Shown in pieces: positions 46,306 to 56,025 of a DNA stretch of 64,000 nt (positions are counted from its first letter, which is position 1; every line of letters starts with the position of its first letter). Source of the stretch: a virus. Location of the stretch: positions 1,237-65,236 of IMG/VR virus record IMGVR_UViG_3300033804_000029; one strand, given 5' to 3'. The position numbers and the translations under genes were made by a program. Below the pieces are notes generated by a model. That model saw only the letters and a program-made list of their open reading frames with translations. It had not been told where the DNA came from and ran no database searches.

Positions 46306-46480
46306 GCCGCCCCATACGGGATAACGGCTTGAGCATATAAAAATCGGGGTTCTTGCCCAAGGGTGCGCACCCGGCAGCAGGACGCAAGCATTAGAGAGAG
46401 GGCAATTCAGGTGCCTGAATCATCTGAATCACCCTCTCTTTTTTGGCCCCACGGCGGCCCGCAAGGATAACCGCCGGGGA
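46304..46480 (+). promoter_or_regulatory. Structured intergenic leader upstream of the scaffold gene
   Basis: Two same-architecture bulged hairpins (GGATAAC) flanking two further hairpins and a T-run. Confidence 0.5.
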
Positions 46481-46493
46481 ATGGAGAAAACCA

Positions 46494-47567
46494 ATGGCAG
46501 GCAAAGTTAAGCCCGGGGCAGACCCGGAAATTCAGTACGGCCCCAAGGAAGGCGAAGACAGCCTGGCGGATGATCTGGATAACCGCCGGGAAGTCACCGC
46601 CGGTATGTTGCTGGGAGGCCATCCCAACATGGAGGAGGAGGAAACCCCTCCCGGCGGCGAAGAGGAAACCCCGGAGCAGAAGGCGGCCCGGGAAGCGGCG
46701 GAAGCTGAAGCCGCGGCCAAGGGCAAACCTCCAGAGAAGAAAGAGGAGGAGCCGCCTAAACCGCGCTTCAAGTCTCAGGAGGAGGCGGAAAAGGCCCATT
46801 CTGAGGCCGAGAAGGAGATGACCAAGGCCAAGATGGAGGCCGCGGAGGAACGTCGGGCGCGGGAAAAAGTGGAGGCCGAACTAGCGGAATTGCGGACCAA
46901 GCCCCCGGTTAAGGAAGAAAAACCGCCTGCCGAGACCAAGCCGCAACTGTCTAAGGAGGAGCGGCGGACAAAAATTACCGAAATCAGTCGGGCCTACTGG
47001 CAAAAGGTGTGGGCCCTGGATAACACCAGTCCCACCTATCAGGATGACGTGACCAATCTCATGGTGGAAATGAACGAAGCCATGCTGGACCTGGGGGCGA
47101 CCCCGGCGCAGCGCACCGAAGAGATTGAGTCCCTTATAGAGGGAGTGGTCGAGAAGAAACTTAAAGCTCGGGATGAGGTCAGGGCCGCCGAGGACCGGAA
47201 GACCGCGGCGGAGAAGGCCTGGGATAAGGCAGTCGCTTACGGCCTGGAAGCCGGGCTAGAACTCAACGATCCAGAGTCGGCTGATCATGACCTTTTTATG
47301 GTGGCTGAGTCCCGTCTTCCCGAGGAATTGCGCGGCAAAGGCTTCACCAAGGAAGTGGGGGAGTGGATGGTCAACTACGTCCGCACCCGCACCGGAAAGG
47401 TGGCCATGACCGAAGCCGAGAAGGAAGCGGCCGCCAAAAAGGCCCAAGAGGAGAATCAGACTCTTGGCCGGGGTGGCCTGCCGAAACCGAAACCAAAACC
47501 TGAAGAGGAGACTGAGGGCTCCCTGAAAGAAGATTTCGAGGAAGCGCGAGGTCGCAGAATTCTTTAG
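46494..47567 (+). CDS. Capsid scaffolding protein
   Basis: Acidic Glu/Pro/Ala-rich coiled coil, FKSQEEAEKAHSEAEK, directly upstream of the capsid gene. Confidence 0.75.
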   Translation: MAGKVKPGADPEIQYGPKEGEDSLADDLDNRREVTAGMLLGGHPNMEEEETPPGGEEETPEQKAAREAAEAEAAAKGKPPEKKEEEPPKPRFKSQEEAEKAHSEAEKEMTKAKMEAAEERRAREKVEAELAELRTKPPVKEEKPPAETKPQLSKEERRTKITEISRAYWQKVWALDNTSPTYQDDVTNLMVEMNEAMLDLGATPAQRTEEIESLIEGVVEKKLKARDEVRAAEDRKTAAEKAWDKAVAYGLEAGLELNDPESADHDLFMVAESRLPEELRGKGFTKEVGEWMVNYVRTRTGKVAMTEAEKEAAAKKAQEENQTLGRGGLPKPKPKPEEETEGSLKEDFEEARGRRIL

Positions 47568-47601
47568 AGAGCCTGTCTCCCCGAAATAAAGGAGGCAAGC
47601 C

Positions 47602-48567
47602 ATGCCCTTCAACTGGGAATGGGACGCTGCCGTAGGAATTTACAAGAATTGGCAGCTATCAAAAAAACTACGGAAAGTCGCGGCGGCCGCCTGCATTGTG
47701 GCGCCTTTCGCCCGCGACTACGGCATCGGCTTCAAGGCCAATGCCGGCCAATATATCAACATCATGCACATCGAGCGGCTGCCCAACACCCCGTCCTCGG
47801 TGCTGCAGGAAAATAACCGCATTCCCATCCGCAAGCCGGCCTACGGGAACCGGCAGATCCCCGTGGTGGAATACGGCGAAGGGACCGAGTTCACCAATAT
47901 AGCCGAGCAGTTGAGCTATTTCAAGCCCTCCGAGCAGCTTCAGCAGTTGCTCAAGACCCAAATGGAGGAGCAATTGGATACCGCCACTGCCCAGGCCTTC
48001 CTGGACGCCACCGCGGTAAAGGTGGTTTTCACTCCCACCGGGCTGACCACTGGCGAATTTAACACAGGCGGCTATGCTACTCATGTGGCTTCAGCCGGCC
48101 TGACCTTCGACCACTGCACCCAGATTTCCGACTATCTGGTGGACACCCTGTATGTTCCGCCTTTCGAGGGGGAGCATTTCGTGGGAATCACCGCCAACAA
48201 GAACTACCGTTCCCTGAAAAACGACCGCTACTGGCAGGAGTGGCACAAATACCTGTCCAAGGGCGATTTCGTGTTCAAGCGGGAGATGGGAGCCACGGAA
48301 TTGATCCGCTGGGTGGTGTGCAACCGGCACCTGGCCTTCAATAACGTCGCCGGCACCTCTCCTTACCTGGGGCAGGCGGTAGTCTTCGGCGATGAGGCCG
48401 TGGCCCGTCTGGAAGCGGAGGCCCCGCACCTGCGCCTGGACAACAACTATCAGAGCGACTTTGGCCGGGCCAAGGCGGTCGCCTGGTACGGCATCCTGGG
48501 CTTCGGCTCCGTGTGGGACGTTCCCGACGCGGGGAAGGCGAAGATCATCCAGATCAACAGCTTATAA
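47602..48567 (+). CDS. Major capsid protein
   Basis: 321 aa; EYGEG..T, D....AF, AVVFG.EAVA, DFGR.K.VAWYGILGF; strong RBS. Confidence 0.85.
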   Translation: MPFNWEWDAAVGIYKNWQLSKKLRKVAAAACIVAPFARDYGIGFKANAGQYINIMHIERLPNTPSSVLQENNRIPIRKPAYGNRQIPVVEYGEGTEFTNIAEQLSYFKPSEQLQQLLKTQMEEQLDTATAQAFLDATAVKVVFTPTGLTTGEFNTGGYATHVASAGLTFDHCTQISDYLVDTLYVPPFEGEHFVGITANKNYRSLKNDRYWQEWHKYLSKGDFVFKREMGATELIRWVVCNRHLAFNNVAGTSPYLGQAVVFGDEAVARLEAEAPHLRLDNNYQSDFGRAKAVAWYGILGFGSVWDVPDAGKAKIIQINSL

Positions 48568-48618
48568 ACTCGCGCCGGGCGGTGGTCTGCCGTCCGGTCC
48601 GCGCAGGAGGTACACAAA

Positions 48619-49161
48619 ATGGCTTATGGAACTTATGACCGCATGGTGGTGGATTCCGCCAATGACGACCACGGCATGGCGTCAGCGATTCTCCTGGGCT
48701 CTAGCACCGGGGCTATTCTCACCAAAACCCTGAAAGAACCCCGGGTCGCGGTCCGCTTCGGCTACTGGGTCACCACGGCATTCAATTATAATACGCCGAC
48801 CGCCATTGGCGTTCTGACCCTCTACAAATATCCGGGCGGGAACGCTAGCAATAAAGTGGCTCTGGCTACCATCAATCTGGTGGACGGGGCTCTGGCGAGC
48901 ATCGAGTATTTCTGCGACGTGGACGACAAGGCCGTGGCCGCGATAGCCCCTTATGAAGGTCTGGCCTTCAAATTCATCGCCGACCTGGAACCGATGGATC
49001 AAATTGTTGTCGAAATGACCACCAGAGCGACAGGGGGCTCCTATCTGACTGGGGCTTTTCAGCCGTTCATCTGCCTGTGGAAGCGGGCGGAGGAAACCCA
49101 GAACCAGCAATACACCGTGGACCTGACCCCGGTGAAGACCCCGGTGCAGGAGCCTTATTAA
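48619..49161 (+). CDS. Putative capsid decoration / structural protein
   Basis: Beta-rich, follows the capsid gene with a strong RBS. Confidence 0.55.
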   Translation: MAYGTYDRMVVDSANDDHGMASAILLGSSTGAILTKTLKEPRVAVRFGYWVTTAFNYNTPTAIGVLTLYKYPGGNASNKVALATINLVDGALASIEYFCDVDDKAVAAIAPYEGLAFKFIADLEPMDQIVVEMTTRATGGSYLTGAFQPFICLWKRAEETQNQQYTVDLTPVKTPVQEPY

Positions 49162-49184
49162 CCGGGATAACCTAAAAAATCGGT

Positions 49185-49212
49185 CGCCCCAGGGTTTTCG
49201 GCCCTGGGGCGC
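49185..49212 (+). terminator. GC-rich hairpin after the capsid genes
   Basis: CGCCCCAGGG-TTTTCGG-CCCTGGGGCG; no clear U-tract. Confidence 0.4.
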
Positions 49213-49224
49213 AGCTAAAGGAGT

Positions 49225-49584
49225 ATGACCATGGCTATCGCTTTAGCAGATGTGTCCGTAAATGTGGATTCCCGCCGGAATTACAACCCGCCGGGCGGTC
49301 CCAACCGGAGCTATCAGCAGATCAGTTTTGGGGATGCCACCAAGACTTACGACACCTACGGCATCCCTCTCCCAGCAGATAAGCTCGGAGTAATCAACGA
49401 AGTGATATTTGTTCACATCCGGCAATTGGTGGGGAGATACGATTATATCTATGACCCCACCGTACGCGCTGCTAACCCGGTGGCTCCGTGGGGAACAATC
49501 CGCATTGTGGATAAGGTCACAGGTCTTGAGTTCAGTGGAGCCCCGGCGGCGACTACTCTGGGGATGTGTGTGGAGTGGCGGTAA
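49225..49584 (+). CDS. Putative structural protein
   Basis: ISFGD...Y.T.GIPLP..LG pattern. Confidence 0.55.
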   Translation: MTMAIALADVSVNVDSRRNYNPPGGPNRSYQQISFGDATKTYDTYGIPLPADKLGVINEVIFVHIRQLVGRYDYIYDPTVRAANPVAPWGTIRIVDKVTGLEFSGAPAATTLGMCVEWR

Positions 49585-49616
49585 AATCAAATCTATCTGA
49601 AAAAGGACAGGAATTT

Positions 49617-50291
49617 ATGAGCCAATTTTTATTCACCCGGGAAGGGGCGATGGTTGAAGTGGACCGGATAGTGGTCGTTTCCGGGAAACAGGATGCCGAG
49701 GGGAATTGGATTCAGCAGGGCGGCAAAGTAGCCGTGCTGTCCAATAACTCTTACTGTCATGGCGACCTTTTGCCTTTCACTAGTGAGGAGGAAATCAGGC
49801 TGATTTTCACCTCACTAGATAAGAACGGCAATCCAATAATTCTTCCAGAGATGCAGGAATTCCTGGATAAGGTGCTGGCCTGGTTTGCTCGCAAAGACGA
49901 GTTTGCCTTTGAGCAAATCCCCAAGATCGAGTTCGACGAGAATGGTTGGCCGCACCTGGCAGACGGGACTCCGGTGGATGAAGCCCTGCTTTATCAATAC
50001 CCCCGGCCTACCCATGTGATAACCGCGGCGATTATCGGGATGCACGAGCGGCGCAAGGCCGAGGCCAACCAGGCGGCAGCAGCCAAGCCGGAGTTCTATA
50101 AGCAGGCTGGGCCTAAACCGCCACCGGGGATGCCCAAGGTGGCCGGGGATTTGGTGGCCAAACCAAAAGAACCGGAAAAGCCGAAATCCGGGAAAGGCTC
50201 AGGAAAACCTCTCGGCAAAAAGGCATTAAAGTCTTTCCGGGAAAAAAGAGCCACTACCCGGGCTGCTAAAGCTGCCGCCGCGGCAGGATAA
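49617..50291 (+). CDS. Hypothetical protein with Lys/Ala-rich tail
   Basis: ORF in the head operon. Confidence 0.55.
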   Translation: MSQFLFTREGAMVEVDRIVVVSGKQDAEGNWIQQGGKVAVLSNNSYCHGDLLPFTSEEEIRLIFTSLDKNGNPIILPEMQEFLDKVLAWFARKDEFAFEQIPKIEFDENGWPHLADGTPVDEALLYQYPRPTHVITAAIIGMHERRKAEANQAAAAKPEFYKQAGPKPPPGMPKVAGDLVAKPKEPEKPKSGKGSGKPLGKKALKSFREKRATTRAAKAAAAAG

Positions 50292-50294
50292 GCC

Positions 50295-50489
50295 ATGGCT
50301 GACGACGAGCCGGAAGATTCGGTAGTCCATTGCCCGAATCGCCGCTGCGGTCTGGTTTTTCGACCAGACCCGCGAATTTACCGGAACGGAGACCGGGAAT
50401 GCCCCAAGTGCGGCACCGACTTCACTAAGCCGCCCCCTTGGAAAGTAGAGGCCCAGGATTGGGAATGGGAGGAGGAGTTTTATGACTAA
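50295..50489 (+). CDS. Zn-ribbon protein
   Basis: CPNRRC...CPKCG. Confidence 0.6.
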   Translation: MADDEPEDSVVHCPNRRCGLVFRPDPRIYRNGDRECPKCGTDFTKPPPWKVEAQDWEWEEEFYD

Positions 50490-50763
50490 GGCAGCCAAAC
50501 CGGATGTTGCAAACGATTGGCAGCGGCGGGTCAGCTTCGATTTCGGCAAGGGCAAAGGGGGAATGAAGGAGCCCGAAGGCTTCAAGGACCTGACCGTGGG
50601 TTCTAAAGTGACCGTTTTAGTCACCGGCAAGGTCGTTTCCCTTCGGACCGACCAGGACTCCTCCGCATTCAGCTTGGCCATGGAAAAACTCGAATTGCAA
50701 ATCAAGGGCGAAGGCAGCCTGCATGAGGATTTTGAGGAGGCTAAGGCAGGCCGGAAGCTCTAA
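50482..50763 (+). CDS. Small beta-rich protein with scaffold-like C-terminal motif
   Basis: Ends EGSLHEDFEEAKAGRKL. Confidence 0.6.
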   Translation: MTKAAKPDVANDWQRRVSFDFGKGKGGMKEPEGFKDLTVGSKVTVLVTGKVVSLRTDQDSSAFSLAMEKLELQIKGEGSLHEDFEEAKAGRKL

Positions 50764-50772
50764 GGATTGACC

Positions 50773-51468
50773 ATGAAACTGGCACAGATGGAAGACGAAC
50801 TGTACCGGATCATCCGGAGTTCCGACTTGCGGCCTTTTCTGGCTGCCTGGATCAATACCGCCATCCTTGAGATAGCCACGGAATTTGAGTTGGCGACCCT
50901 GAAACTGGTGGACCCGGAGCCGGTGACGGTGGATACCAGCCAATGGCTCTGGCCCCTGCCCGCTGATTTTCATAAGAAACTCTTCCGGGCGGAGTGGTTT
51001 GACGGCGACGGTCATCCCCGGCATATCCGGGTCCGCAGCCACATTGATTATCTCAGCGGCCGGGACCATAACCGGATCGCCGAGCATGTCCATGAAGTGG
51101 CCGAGACCATCGAGGGCCAGAATCATCTGTTAGGCGTCTATCCCAAGGCTTCTCAAATCCTCTACCTTTGGTACTATCGGCTACCCGCCGTGCTGAAAAA
51201 GGGCGATGATCAGTGCGACTGCATTCCCCACAGCTTGCAACATCGGGTGATTTATCCCCGGGTAATCATCCGAAATTACCCGATACTCGTGGATCAGGTG
51301 GTTGATTTTCCCATTTCCGCCGGTCCCTTGCAGTATTGGGAGACCCAAAAAGAGCGAGCAGATTTGGACCTGAAAAACTTTTTGGCCAAGGTCTATAACA
51401 AACCCCGACGGCACGGGGGCCGTGACCCCATCGGCCCCACCAGAAGGTGGTTCCGTGGCTACTTCTAG
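50773..51468 (+). CDS. Head-tail adaptor protein
   Basis: L.AWIN.A..EIA, LPADF, LGVYP..LWYYRLP..L....D...IP...H. Confidence 0.7.
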   Translation: MKLAQMEDELYRIIRSSDLRPFLAAWINTAILEIATEFELATLKLVDPEPVTVDTSQWLWPLPADFHKKLFRAEWFDGDGHPRHIRVRSHIDYLSGRDHNRIAEHVHEVAETIEGQNHLLGVYPKASQILYLWYYRLPAVLKKGDDQCDCIPHSLQHRVIYPRVIIRNYPILVDQVVDFPISAGPLQYWETQKERADLDLKNFLAKVYNKPRRHGGRDPIGPTRRWFRGYF

Positions 51469-52819
51469 TGCTATTAAATCGGTGAAGGCTCGGGCTTTTC
51501 ACGGCATGAACAACCTGCCGCAGCCGCCGGACCCTCTGGTGGACCGGGAAGGGAGGATCACCCCCCATTTCCTGGTGAACTGCGACGCCCATGATACCGG
51601 AGTGCTGAAAGAGGCCCAGGGCTATAAACTGAACGCTCCCTTTGCTGACATTCACTCCATCGCCGGGGAAGAATCCGAACTGAGCGTCATGCTGGGGGTG
51701 ATCAACGGAGTCCTGACCCGGATCGAGCCGGAAAGCGGGCTTATCACGCCTCTGTGCTCCGTGGGACCGAAAAGCCGGATGAATTATGTCCAAGTAACTA
51801 ACTGGATTTACTTTTCATCCCGGTTTTTTAACGGAATTTATGACACCATTTCCGGCCAGATCAGGCCATGGGGCCTGCCGCCGCCGGGAATGCCGCCGGA
51901 CGTTTCCCTGTGCGCCGGGGATATGCCGCCGGGCAAGTATGACCTGTGCTATACCCGGATCAGCGCCGATGGCTTGAGTCAGAGCGGCAACGGCCCCATC
52001 CGGCAGATCGAGTTTGAGGACCAAGCCGCCGGCCTACAACTCAATAATCTTGAGGGGGATTTTCAAGTATGGATTACCCAAGTGAATGGCGGCCCCATGT
52101 TCCAGGCGGAGATCAATTCGCAGGGACAGGTAACCAACCAAGTCCCGGATTTCAATCCCCTGCGAACCCTGAATATCATTCCCCCTCCACAGTTCCGCCA
52201 CTTTACCTTCGACCATGGCCGGATATGGGGAGTGATGGGTCGAAATCTCTATTATTCCGAACCTAACGAGTATGGGGACTTCGGCTGGTTCAGCCGGAAG
52301 TATATCCCCTTCCTCGAGGACTTGGTGCTCGTTGCGTCTTTCACCGGCGGCCTTTACGTCAATTCCCGAAACCTCACTTGGGTTTTGCGGGGCACCGAGC
52401 CGGATAAGTTCAAGATCGAGTCAGTGGGAATCGGGGCCATTCCGGGGACCCTGTGCCTGGCGCAGATCCCGGCGAAGATGGCCAGCGGTGCCGTGCCTAC
52501 CCAGGAGTTCGCCGAATTTTCCATGATGCCGACCCCGGTATGGAGGAACCGCACCGGCTTCGTGATCGGCACCCATGGTGGCCATCTGATCCTCGTCACG
52601 GAGCGGCGCCTGAAACTCTCCGACCGGCAGTACGGCGCCTCCCTCTGGCGCTGGAATGATGGAATACCGCAAGTCATCACCACTGCCCGGGGACCCACTC
52701 AAAATCCAGATGCAGAGACGGAAGAAATCTTGGCGATGGGGGCCTTGTTTGCGGCCCCCGTAACCGTTAATGGGGCCAGTGGTTTGCTCATGGGCAGCCA
52801 GGCTAACTTAAGCGCATAG
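51455..52819 (+). CDS. Tail nozzle / stabilisation-like protein
   Basis: F.GMNN..N.D..G.L...GY N-terminus, GRIW..LYYSEP; follows the adaptor. Confidence 0.55.
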   Translation: MATSSAIKSVKARAFHGMNNLPQPPDPLVDREGRITPHFLVNCDAHDTGVLKEAQGYKLNAPFADIHSIAGEESELSVMLGVINGVLTRIEPESGLITPLCSVGPKSRMNYVQVTNWIYFSSRFFNGIYDTISGQIRPWGLPPPGMPPDVSLCAGDMPPGKYDLCYTRISADGLSQSGNGPIRQIEFEDQAAGLQLNNLEGDFQVWITQVNGGPMFQAEINSQGQVTNQVPDFNPLRTLNIIPPPQFRHFTFDHGRIWGVMGRNLYYSEPNEYGDFGWFSRKYIPFLEDLVLVASFTGGLYVNSRNLTWVLRGTEPDKFKIESVGIGAIPGTLCLAQIPAKMASGAVPTQEFAEFSMMPTPVWRNRTGFVIGTHGGHLILVTERRLKLSDRQYGASLWRWNDGIPQVITTARGPTQNPDAETEEILAMGALFAAPVTVNGASGLLMGSQANLSA

Positions 52820-52831
52820 GAGAACCAAGCC

Positions 52832-53785
52832 ATGGTGGTCAATGAAGGAGAATTTGGAAATCTGGAAATCTTTCTTTGTAAAGTGGCGCTCTATCAAGGC
52901 CTCTATAAGAACGTCATCTCTCCGAGTGGTCCGACTACTTGGGCCAATATCCAGGAAATGCCCACTGGAGGAGGCCGAAGTTATGCGCCGGTGCAAATGG
53001 CCCGCGTGGTGAATTATAACGCCCCGGCCCTGAATCAGTGGTACTTGAGCATTGGGACCAACGGCAAGGCCCAGGCACTATATTCCAGCACGCCCATTCA
53101 GTGGCTTATGTCCGCCCAGGAAGTGGCTGATGGTAACACGGTCCAGGGTTCTTTTCGGTCCTACTGGAAGTTGCCTTTCCAGAACGGCGCGATCCAGATC
53201 CGGGAAGGCGATGTGATCAAAGGGGCTGTCTCTGGAGCGACCGCTGTAGTGACTGCGGTGAATGTCCTCTCTGGCACTTGGGGTGCAGGCACCGCCGCTG
53301 GCTTCCTATATCTGGAAATCCGGAACGCCAATGCCTTCAATAACGGGGAAAATCTTACCTTAGTGGGCATCATTGGCACGGTGTCTGTGGGAGCCCAGGG
53401 TGGCGGTTATGCGGTGGGGGACATTATCTCCGTCACCCAAAGCGGCGCTTGGGGGGCTAAACTGGTAGTGACCTCCGTGGGTGGTGCCGGCGCGGTGACC
53501 GGCTTGGTGGTAGTGGACCCTGGACAGGGGTTCTCGGCGGCCTCTGGTTTAGCGACTACGCATCTGACCGGCTCCGGCAACGACGCCCTGACGGTGAACA
53601 TTCTGACCTTGGCGACCACCACTTACGCGGTGAGCAATTCCGGCACCAAGAATGCCGGCGACGCCTGGAAGATGATTTATGACGTGATCCCCATGGCCAC
53701 GCCGCAACTGGTTAACCAAGTGGGGTTGCCGTTCACCATCCAGCCGCTGCTTTCGGAAGATACGGATACCGCGGTCACGGGGTAG
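52832..53785 (+). CDS. Tail-fibre subunit-like protein with inserted Gly-rich domain; paralogue of 55567
   Basis: NEG..L..GLY..P...T.....E..G..YA motifs shared with 55567. Confidence 0.55.
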   Translation: MVVNEGEFGNLEIFLCKVALYQGLYKNVISPSGPTTWANIQEMPTGGGRSYAPVQMARVVNYNAPALNQWYLSIGTNGKAQALYSSTPIQWLMSAQEVADGNTVQGSFRSYWKLPFQNGAIQIREGDVIKGAVSGATAVVTAVNVLSGTWGAGTAAGFLYLEIRNANAFNNGENLTLVGIIGTVSVGAQGGGYAVGDIISVTQSGAWGAKLVVTSVGGAGAVTGLVVVDPGQGFSAASGLATTHLTGSGNDALTVNILTLATTTYAVSNSGTKNAGDAWKMIYDVIPMATPQLVNQVGLPFTIQPLLSEDTDTAVTG

Positions 53786-53788
53786 GCC

Positions 53789-55309
53789 GTGGACATCCAG
53801 CAGAAAAAGAACCGGCCTGGGGTTTACCGGCTGAATTATGCGGACTTCTCTGAGGTCTATGGGGGGCCTTTCGTCTCGGCGACCATCTACAATCCTGACA
53901 ATCCTCCCCAGCCCTTTAAGCAGGTTCAGGACAATCCCCTGCAAGTTCTATCCCAGCTTAAAGTGCAAATTGATAAAGGTCCTTATCAGGGGCAGGCGTC
54001 CAAGGATTACTTGCCCCTGTTCTTTTGTCCCAAGAAACAATACTGGGATACCGATAAGCACAAAGCTCAGGATTTTGATAAAGAAAATAATTGTTACTTT
54101 AACGCCAGCATGAGTTTAAGAGGGGATGATGAAGTTATCGTGGCTTGTCAGTTGGATGATAGTGGCAATTTGACCCCCAAATTTGTAATCGGGTTTGTTG
54201 ACCGGGTGCCCCGGGAGGGAGAAGATGTAATCAAAATCAAAACTCTGGCATATCCTAATGGACCTCCTAAAGATTATTATTGGCGGGTTAGCCAGATGGA
54301 CAATCAGGATACAGCCGGGACTCCTTATCCAAATGAGGACAAAGGACCGGATGGCTTGAAATTGCAGTTACTTAAACAAGCAGAGTGTATCTTAGATCAA
54401 ATTCAAGTTGTTGACGTGCCGCCGGATGATTGGCCGACTAATCCGAGCAGTCCATTACCTGACAATCTTGACCCAACTCAGGCAGTTTATGATTGGTGGT
54501 ATATCGTTCCTGAATATTGGACCGGAGTAAGTATATATAATCAGACGATCTATTGGATGAGCAGGCTTCATCATCTTTATGAATATACCAGAGGTATTAA
54601 TATAAAATGGTACGCTAATATTAAACATTTTTTAGTTCCAGTAGGAGCAATATTATATTGCGTTCAAGTTATATGGGTATCTATTTGTTATGATATAGAA
54701 GTTCTGGTAGTCGATTGGAATTATGATTGGCCGATGCAGCAAACCATCGACCCGGATTTAATGCAAGAATATTTAAGCGGCCAAATAACTATTGAGGAAT
54801 TGGCCGAACTGCAATGGCAGAGAATTGTCAATTATTATACTACTACGAATGATCATAATATGCAGGAAGTGTCGCAAAATTACTATCCCTATACTGATCC
54901 TCCGCAATACGCTTATGGCGTGCCCTTTTTATATTTAATGACCGGACCGGGAGACACAATCGTTCCTTGGGATGATACTCCCGGAGGCGAAGGTAATCCC
55001 TATGAAATGTGGTGCCAGGGGGCTCTGGCCGCCCAATATACTGATAAGTTATATGAAAACACCAAGTCAGGGGCTCAAAGTCCGCAAGCAACCAAGGACA
55101 ATTTGGATAGCTGCGGAGACGTTAACTGGCAGGGACTTGATGGAAGCATTTTTCAGCAATACGAAGGATTTACTTGGCAAGATAACTGGTGGTATGCTTT
55201 TGAGGATTCAGGAATAACAAGTTCACCAAACAATCCTTTTGATATCTTTATCAGGCCGCACAGTAAAAAAGAACTTCAAGACGCCGGAATGTGGCCGTTT
55301 AAATCATAA
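53789..55309 (+). CDS. Hypothetical virion protein (Tyr/Trp/Asp-rich)
   Basis: 506-aa ORF in the tail operon; AT-rich centre. Confidence 0.55.
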   Translation: MDIQQKKNRPGVYRLNYADFSEVYGGPFVSATIYNPDNPPQPFKQVQDNPLQVLSQLKVQIDKGPYQGQASKDYLPLFFCPKKQYWDTDKHKAQDFDKENNCYFNASMSLRGDDEVIVACQLDDSGNLTPKFVIGFVDRVPREGEDVIKIKTLAYPNGPPKDYYWRVSQMDNQDTAGTPYPNEDKGPDGLKLQLLKQAECILDQIQVVDVPPDDWPTNPSSPLPDNLDPTQAVYDWWYIVPEYWTGVSIYNQTIYWMSRLHHLYEYTRGINIKWYANIKHFLVPVGAILYCVQVIWVSICYDIEVLVVDWNYDWPMQQTIDPDLMQEYLSGQITIEELAELQWQRIVNYYTTTNDHNMQEVSQNYYPYTDPPQYAYGVPFLYLMTGPGDTIVPWDDTPGGEGNPYEMWCQGALAAQYTDKLYENTKSGAQSPQATKDNLDSCGDVNWQGLDGSIFQQYEGFTWQDNWWYAFEDSGITSSPNNPFDIFIRPHSKKELQDAGMWPFKS

Positions 55310-55320
55310 AGGAGGCTGAG

Positions 55321-55548
55321 ATGTCTTTTACCGATGTCGCCAATAAGTTAAAATTGGCGGGTTATGCGATGACCCCGATGAATTTGGTCCGTTTTAGCAA
55401 AGGGCCTAATTATTATTGGGTTACTTTTGACGATAATAATAATGTTGCCTCTTGGTCCTTTTATACTAAAGGCAATATGGCCCCAAGCAAAATAGGAACC
55501 GATGAAGCAAGTTTTGAGGCTTTTTTCACTACTCAAAATCAAGGATAA
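55321..55548 (+). CDS. Hypothetical protein
   Basis: AAGGAGG RBS, 75 aa. Confidence 0.5.
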   Translation: MSFTDVANKLKLAGYAMTPMNLVRFSKGPNYYWVTFDDNNNVASWSFYTKGNMAPSKIGTDEASFEAFFTTQNQG

Positions 55549-55566
55549 GATTAAAGGAGAACGACC

Positions 55567-55986
55567 ATGCCCAAGATGTGTAACCAAGGAATCAATGAGG
55601 TGCTGAATTATTGGTGGGCGGGCCTGCTGGGGGCTTCGGCGGTATCGCCCCGGCCCAGCATTTACATCGGGCTTTACACCGCCCCTACTTCGGAGCCGGC
55701 GGCCACCGCCACCCTGAGCAGCCTCACCGAGCCTTCGGGCTACGGCTATGCCAGGATTCAGCTTAATGATGGGGACTGGACCGTGGCCAGCCAGATCGCC
55801 ACCAACCTCCAGAAGACCTTCACGGCCTCCGGGGGCAACTGGGGCAACGTCTATGGCTACTTCATCTGCGACTGCGCCTCCGGGACCAGCGGCAACCTCA
55901 TCGCGGTGGAGAATTTCTCAGACGGGCCCTACAATGTGGTGAATGGCGGTTCGGTAAAAGTTACTCCCAAATTCACCGAGAGCTAA
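55567..55986 (+). CDS. Small tail-fibre subunit protein
   Basis: YIGLYT..P....TEPSG.GYARI..W..ATN...F...GGNWG.V.GYFI.D..GNLI. Confidence 0.7.
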   Translation: MPKMCNQGINEVLNYWWAGLLGASAVSPRPSIYIGLYTAPTSEPAATATLSSLTEPSGYGYARIQLNDGDWTVASQIATNLQKTFTASGGNWGNVYGYFICDCASGTSGNLIAVENFSDGPYNVVNGGSVKVTPKFTES

Positions 55987-56025
55987 AAGGAATTTCTGAA
56001 AATCCTGGAAGCATGGAGGTGAATT

